From positions 95,301 through 159,300 of the forward strand of contig JBBSXJ010000004.1 in assembly GCA_038045825.1 (NCBI GenBank): a stretch of 64,000 bases of DNA. The letters run 5' to 3'. A model generated the notes under the pieces. The model saw nothing but the letters and a program-made list of their open reading frames with translations, was not told the DNA's origin and made no database searches. Positions within the stretch are counted from its first letter, which is position 1, and every line of letters begins with the position of its first letter. The position numbers were made by a program, and so were the translations under genes. This document shows positions 59,585-64,000 of this stretch, one piece after another. This DNA comes from Nanobdellota archaeon (GTDB taxonomy: Archaea; Nanobdellota; Nanobdellia; Pacearchaeales; GW2011-AR1).

Positions 59585-59625
59585 ATTATACTTTAAGTAT
59601 AATAAAATATAACTTAATGTTATAT
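59585..59625. promoter_or_regulatory. two palindromes upstream of vapB-4: attatac-tttaa-gtataat (59585..59603) and atataac-ttaat-gttatat (59607..59625)
   Basis: first palindrome shares the ATTATAC…GTATAAT half-sites with the palindrome upstream of vapB-1 (20401..20417). Confidence 0.4.
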
Positions 59626-59696
59626 ATAAATGTTTTGAATGGTCTAGACTTACATATATTGGGTAGTGGTTTTAGACAGTTTCAGTCAATTTATTT

Positions 59697-62066
59697 TCAT
59701 TCTAAATTATGGCAAGCTATTAGATCTTTCTCAAATTCTTTTAATGATTGAGGTATTTTTATTCCACTTATAGATTCCTTTAGTGAAATACTTTGTTCTT
59801 TCTTTTGTTTCCAGACTTCACTATTGAAGGCCATTATTTGTTCTATTAATTTTATCGGATTTTCTTTTTTCTTTATTTTTGGAAATTCTTCTTTATGTAG
59901 TTGCAGTCCTAACTCATTTCCTATAACTGATGTTATTTGAGGGATTATTGGGTAAAGAAGAGTTATCATTCTTTCCAACAAATAATGTAATGTATATTTT
60001 GCCGACTCACTTTCTTCTTTGCTGAAATTGTTTGATTCATTATAGGTTCTACTTTTTATCATTTCAGCATAATGTGATGCAAAAATATCCCAAAGGAATC
60101 TTCTTAATATTTCTGCAGGTTTATGGAAATCGTATTCTTCATAGTTTTTATCTATATTTACTGTTTCTGCGTCGATATAATCAATGAATAGTTTATCTAA
60201 TTGAGTTATTTTTATTTTACTTGGCTTTTTGAATTGAGTTACGAACCTTGCAAGATTTAGTAGTTTGTTTATTGTTTTTGTTTCTGCTCCTATTCTATCC
60301 ATAGAACACTTTAAGTCTTGTTCTGCTAGGTTTCCTTCTAATGCTGCCCAGAATCTAAACGATTCTGATCCATGCAATTTTATTATTTCTTTTGGATCAA
60401 TCACATTACCTACAGACTTTGACATTTTTCTTCCTTGAGCATCTACAATATGTTGATGTATCCAGACATTCTCAAAAGGAACTTTACCTGTTTCTAAATA
60501 GCCTCTTAGTAAGGTGTAGTATAACCATGTTCTAACTATTTCTTTTCCTTGGGGTCTTAATGAAATAGGGTAGGCTTTCTTTGCAAATGCAGATGGGTAT
60601 TGTATTATGTTTAGCTCTGAAATTGAAGAATCAAACCATGTGTCAAATACTTTTTCTTCTCCTTTCCATACATTATCTTTGAAATTAGATACTTTTCCTA
60701 TTACTTTTCCATTATCTATAACTGTTGCATCTTTTGGGACATTCTCTTTTATTGGTTCATAGTATTTTCCTTTTGAAGGGATTGCCATTAAATGTCCTGA
60801 GCGCCATATTGGTATTGGAGTTGCATAAAATCTTCTTCTTGAAATTGGCCAGTCTATAGATATTGAGTCAATCCACTTTGTTAAAATTTCTTTTGAGTTT
60901 TCTGGGTAGAAATTGATTTTACTTAATTCTTTTTTTAATTTTGAAAGGAAATCTAATTGTTTAAGATAATATTCAGGCATTTGAATAAATTCTATCTCTG
61001 CTCCTGATCTTTCTGAGACTGGAGTTCTATGTACTATATTCTCTTGTTTTATGATTAGATTTTGTTTTTGTAAATCTTCTATTATTCTTTCTCTTGCTTC
61101 TTTTATTTTTAATCCTTGATATGGTCTTGCTATTTCATTCATTCTGCCTTCTTTTGTTATTGCTATTTTTGGTTTAATTTTCATTTCTCTAAAGAATTGA
61201 ATATCTGTTACATCTCCAGCTGAACACATCATCACTAAACCAGTTCCTTTATCTATTTGAGCAAATGGGTGTTCTTGTATTGGAACTATATGATTGAATA
61301 TAGGAACTATAGCTTTTTTCCCATTAAGATGTTTATATCTTTTATCCTCTGGGTTGTAGATAACCATTGCGCAAGTAGATAATAATTCAGGTCTTGTTGT
61401 TGCAATTAGTATTTTTTCTTTAGAGTCTTCTAATTTCCACTCTATATGGCTAAATTTTGATGGAATTTCTTTATAGTCTATTTCTGAATCTGCTACAGTT
61501 GTTTGAAGTTTAGTATCCCAATTGTTTATTCTTTCATCTTCATAGACTAGACCTTTAAGACATAAATCAATGAATGTATCTTGAGTTGTTTGTCTATATT
61601 CTGGAGAATCTGTTAAATATATTTCTCCTAATTTATTTCCTTTCTTATATGATGAATATGAATGTCCTAATCTTGCAAATGATTCTATTGACTCTTCTGA
61701 TGCAGATTCTAGAAGTTTCTTACACGCTTCAATAAATTCTTCTTTAGTTACTTTGAAAGGGGATATATTGAATTTCTTTTCTGCTGCCAATTCTATTGGA
61801 AGGCCATTTCTATCAAGACCTAAAGGGAATAGAACTTCAAAACCTTTCATTCTTTTATATCTAGCAAAGAAGTCCATGTAAGTATAAGTTGTTGCGTGAC
61901 CTATATGTACAGGGGTGTTAACATATGGAGGAGGAGTATCTATTGAATATATTTTCTTTTTAGTATTTGGGTTGAAAGCAAATATGTCTCTATTTTTCCA
62001 TTCTTTAGTTATTTTGTCTTCTATTTCTATATTCCAGGATTTTATCTCTGATAGTTTAGGTTCCAT
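59697..62066 (-). CDS. valS: class I aminoacyl-tRNA synthetase, most likely valyl-tRNA synthetase
   Basis: TPPPYVNTPVHIGHATTY (PPP-x-x-G-x-HIGH), KMSKSVGN; 789 aa fits compact ValRS. Confidence 0.65.
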   Translation of the reverse strand: MEPKLSEIKSWNIEIEDKITKEWKNRDIFAFNPNTKKKIYSIDTPPPYVNTPVHIGHATTYTYMDFFARYKRMKGFEVLFPLGLDRNGLPIELAAEKKFNISPFKVTKEEFIEACKKLLESASEESIESFARLGHSYSSYKKGNKLGEIYLTDSPEYRQTTQDTFIDLCLKGLVYEDERINNWDTKLQTTVADSEIDYKEIPSKFSHIEWKLEDSKEKILIATTRPELLSTCAMVIYNPEDKRYKHLNGKKAIVPIFNHIVPIQEHPFAQIDKGTGLVMMCSAGDVTDIQFFREMKIKPKIAITKEGRMNEIARPYQGLKIKEARERIIEDLQKQNLIIKQENIVHRTPVSERSGAEIEFIQMPEYYLKQLDFLSKLKKELSKINFYPENSKEILTKWIDSISIDWPISRRRFYATPIPIWRSGHLMAIPSKGKYYEPIKENVPKDATVIDNGKVIGKVSNFKDNVWKGEEKVFDTWFDSSISELNIIQYPSAFAKKAYPISLRPQGKEIVRTWLYYTLLRGYLETGKVPFENVWIHQHIVDAQGRKMSKSVGNVIDPKEIIKLHGSESFRFWAALEGNLAEQDLKCSMDRIGAETKTINKLLNLARFVTQFKKPSKIKITQLDKLFIDYIDAETVNIDKNYEEYDFHKPAEILRRFLWDIFASHYAEMIKSRTYNESNNFSKEESESAKYTLHYLLERMITLLYPIIPQITSVIGNELGLQLHKEEFPKIKKKENPIKLIEQIMAFNSEVWKQKKEQSISLKESISGIKIPQSLKEFEKDLIACHNLE

Positions 62067-62115
62067 ACTTATGGACAGGAGAAACCTATTTTAAGACTTT
62101 TCTTTTCTGTTATAT

Positions 62116-62727
62116 ATGGAATTAAAGAGAGCTTTAAGACAACTTTCTGAGCTAAAAAGGCTTGGAGGGAATATGAGACTTGCTGCTGAAGCATGGGGGG
62201 CTGAATGGAAATGTCTTATTGCAACTATTATGTCTGCTCAGTCTAGAGATGAGACTACTATTCCTATTGCGGAAGATCTTTTCTCTAAATATGATTCTCT
62301 TGATAAATTGTCTAAAGCTTCTTATAGTGATGTTTTACAAATATTTAGAAGTTTGAACCTCAATAAAGGCAAGGCTAAGAATGTTATTGCTTGTGCATCT
62401 GAGTTAATTGAAAAATATAATGGTAAAATTCCTCACGATTTGGATAAGTTAATTGAGCTTTCCGGAGTGGGTAGAAAGACTGCAAATGTGTTTTTGTCTG
62501 AACATGGCAAGGAAGGTCTTGCTGTAGATACTCATGTTTATCAGATTGCTCGTAAATTACATTGGAGTAATAGTAAGAACCATCATATTGTTGAAAGAGA
62601 TTTGAAAAAACTATTTCCTTCTAAATATTGGTCTGAGGTTAATCCTACTCTTGTTAAGTTTGGGAAGAAATATACTTCTCGAAAGAAAAAGAATGAACTT
62701 CTTGATGAAATTGGAGATATAAAATGA
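62116..62727 (+). CDS. nth: HhH-GPD (endonuclease III-like) DNA glycosylase lacking the Fe-S cluster cysteines
   Basis: helix-hairpin-helix LIELSGVGRKTANVFL, catalytic Asp in VDTHV; no Cys in C-terminal 60 aa. Confidence 0.65.
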   Translation: MELKRALRQLSELKRLGGNMRLAAEAWGAEWKCLIATIMSAQSRDETTIPIAEDLFSKYDSLDKLSKASYSDVLQIFRSLNLNKGKAKNVIACASELIEKYNGKIPHDLDKLIELSGVGRKTANVFLSEHGKEGLAVDTHVYQIARKLHWSNSKNHHIVERDLKKLFPSKYWSEVNPTLVKFGKKYTSRKKKNELLDEIGDIK

Positions 62728-63269
62728 TTTTTATGACTATTTTTTGGATTTTATTTGTTATTATTCTTTTATTTGAACTACGAATACTATTTAGGAATAA
62801 AAGAAGTTCTTATGATAAAGGTTCATTGCAATTATTCACAATCATTGGATACGGGTTAATAATCTTTATTTTCCTACTTCATTATTTAGATATAGGCTCT
62901 TTTAATATAGTTTTTTTATCTTATTTTGGTTTGCTAATTTTACTATCAGGATTTGTACTCCGTCAATGGAGCATTCATGTGTTAGGATCATTTTTTATTC
63001 CAGTAGTTAATATACAGAAAAAGCAGATAGTTATTAATAAAGGTCCATATCGTCATTTGAGACATCCTTCTTACACAGGATTGTTTTTTGAATTATTTGG
63101 ACTTTCTTTTGTTTTGCTAAACTGGGCAGGTCTAATTGCAATATTTGCTTTGTTTCTACCAGTCATTTTATATAGAATTAAACTCGAAGAAGAATTTCTT
63201 TCTAAAAACTTAAAAGGCTATAAAGAATATATGAAAAAAACTTGGAAGATAATTCCATTTGTTTACTAA
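62724..63269 (+). CDS. isoprenylcysteine carboxyl methyltransferase (ICMT/PEMT) family membrane methyltransferase
   Basis: NKGPYRHLRHPSYTGLFFELFG family motif, 4-5 TM helices. Confidence 0.6.
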   Translation: MIFMTIFWILFVIILLFELRILFRNKRSSYDKGSLQLFTIIGYGLIIFIFLLHYLDIGSFNIVFLSYFGLLILLSGFVLRQWSIHVLGSFFIPVVNIQKKQIVINKGPYRHLRHPSYTGLFFELFGLSFVLLNWAGLIAIFALFLPVILYRIKLEEEFLSKNLKGYKEYMKKTWKIIPFVY

Positions 63270-63286
63270 AACCATTAGATTTTTAA

Positions 63287-63949
63287 TTGAAGACTATTAG
63301 AGTTGTTATGATTAAAGGAATTATTTTTGACAAAGACGGAGTTTTATTTGATTCTGAACCTGTTTATGCTAAGATAATTATTGATAGTCTAAGAAAGTTT
63401 GGACATGAATTTACAGAAGAACAATATTTTGAACATTGGACTCGTAATGGCGGAAACATGGAAGAATTTTTTCATATTAATAATATTAAGATAGATACAA
63501 CTGAATTTAGAAGAATGATTGATAAATCTCTTAATAATGAGTTTAGAACAAATTTGTCAATAATAAAAGGTGTTCCTGAAGCATTAGAGGTTCTTAACAA
63601 ATTATATCCTCTGGCTTTGGCTACAGCTTCTGATAGATTATCTACTGATTTGAAACTTGGACTTTCTGGGTTTGGTAAATTTTTTAAACATATTGTCACT
63701 AAGGAAGATGTTGTAAAACGTAAACCTGATCCTGAATGCTTTTTACTAGCTGCTAAGAAATTGGAAATTAAACCTTCAAATTTAGTGGTTATAGAGGATG
63801 CTGAAAAAGGAGTAATTGCAGCACATAGAGCTGGAATGAAATGTGTTGCAATACCTACAAGACATACAGTCAATCATGATTTTTCACTGGCCCAGCATGT
63901 TCTTAAAGATATTAATCAACTTACGCCTTCTTTGATTAAGGCTTTATGA
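63287..63949 (+). CDS. HAD-superfamily hydrolase, subfamily IA (beta-phosphoglucomutase-like)
   Basis: motif I IIFDKDGVLFDS, motif II LATAS, motif III/IV K…IEDAEKGVIAAHRAG. Confidence 0.7.
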   Translation: MKTIRVVMIKGIIFDKDGVLFDSEPVYAKIIIDSLRKFGHEFTEEQYFEHWTRNGGNMEEFFHINNIKIDTTEFRRMIDKSLNNEFRTNLSIIKGVPEALEVLNKLYPLALATASDRLSTDLKLGLSGFGKFFKHIVTKEDVVKRKPDPECFLLAAKKLEIKPSNLVVIEDAEKGVIAAHRAGMKCVAIPTRHTVNHDFSLAQHVLKDINQLTPSLIKAL

Positions 63950-64000
63950 GAAGATTTTTATACTGAAATTTATACTGATAAACATGGCTCAACAACAAAA

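Noticed and set aside
1-64000. CRISPR arrays, rRNA genes, IS/transposase genes
   Set aside because: No regularly spaced direct repeats, no long GC-rich rRNA-like stretches, and no transposase/integrase-like ORFs were found on either strand

Overview
AT-rich (about 30% GC), gene-dense archaeal chromosome fragment. Archaeal identity rests on aIF-2 beta, aIF-1A, aRF1 (NIKS + GGQ), MCM helicase, GatD/GatE, deoxyhypusine synthase, FtsZ, archaeal-type ProRS and AspRS, and an intron-containing tRNA. Short proteins, low GC and giant surface proteins suggest a DPANN-like lineage. Housekeeping genes present: uppS, gatB, gatD, gatE, gatA, proS, aspS, valS, mnmA, ftsZ, dys, mcm, prf1, eIF1A, eIF2 beta, Dim2, tag, nth-like, dCMP deaminase, peroxiredoxin, and two tRNAs. 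Accessory content is notable. First, three paralogous, mosaic, 1350-1440 aa cell-surface proteins (FN3 modules, Cys-rich C-x-DG-x-DNDCDG repeats, conserved C-terminal module + TM anchor), plus a relic 3' end of a fourth copy. Second, MCM is interrupted by a 466-aa LAGLIDADG intein. Third, tRNA-Asn carries an intron and abuts a free-standing HTH/LAGLIDADG-like ORF. Fourth, the gatD-gatE pair is split by a 1.65-kb insertion carrying a phosphoribosyltransferase-domain gene. Fifth, there are four AbrB/PIN (vapBC-like) toxin-antitoxin pairs with related palindromic operators, a RelE toxin, and an AbrB-nucleotidyltransferase fusion. Sixth, there are gene relics (HIT, CBS, a paralog tail), two unannotated tiny ORFs with strong expression signals, and a structured inverted-repeat element. 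No CRISPR array and no rRNA were seen.
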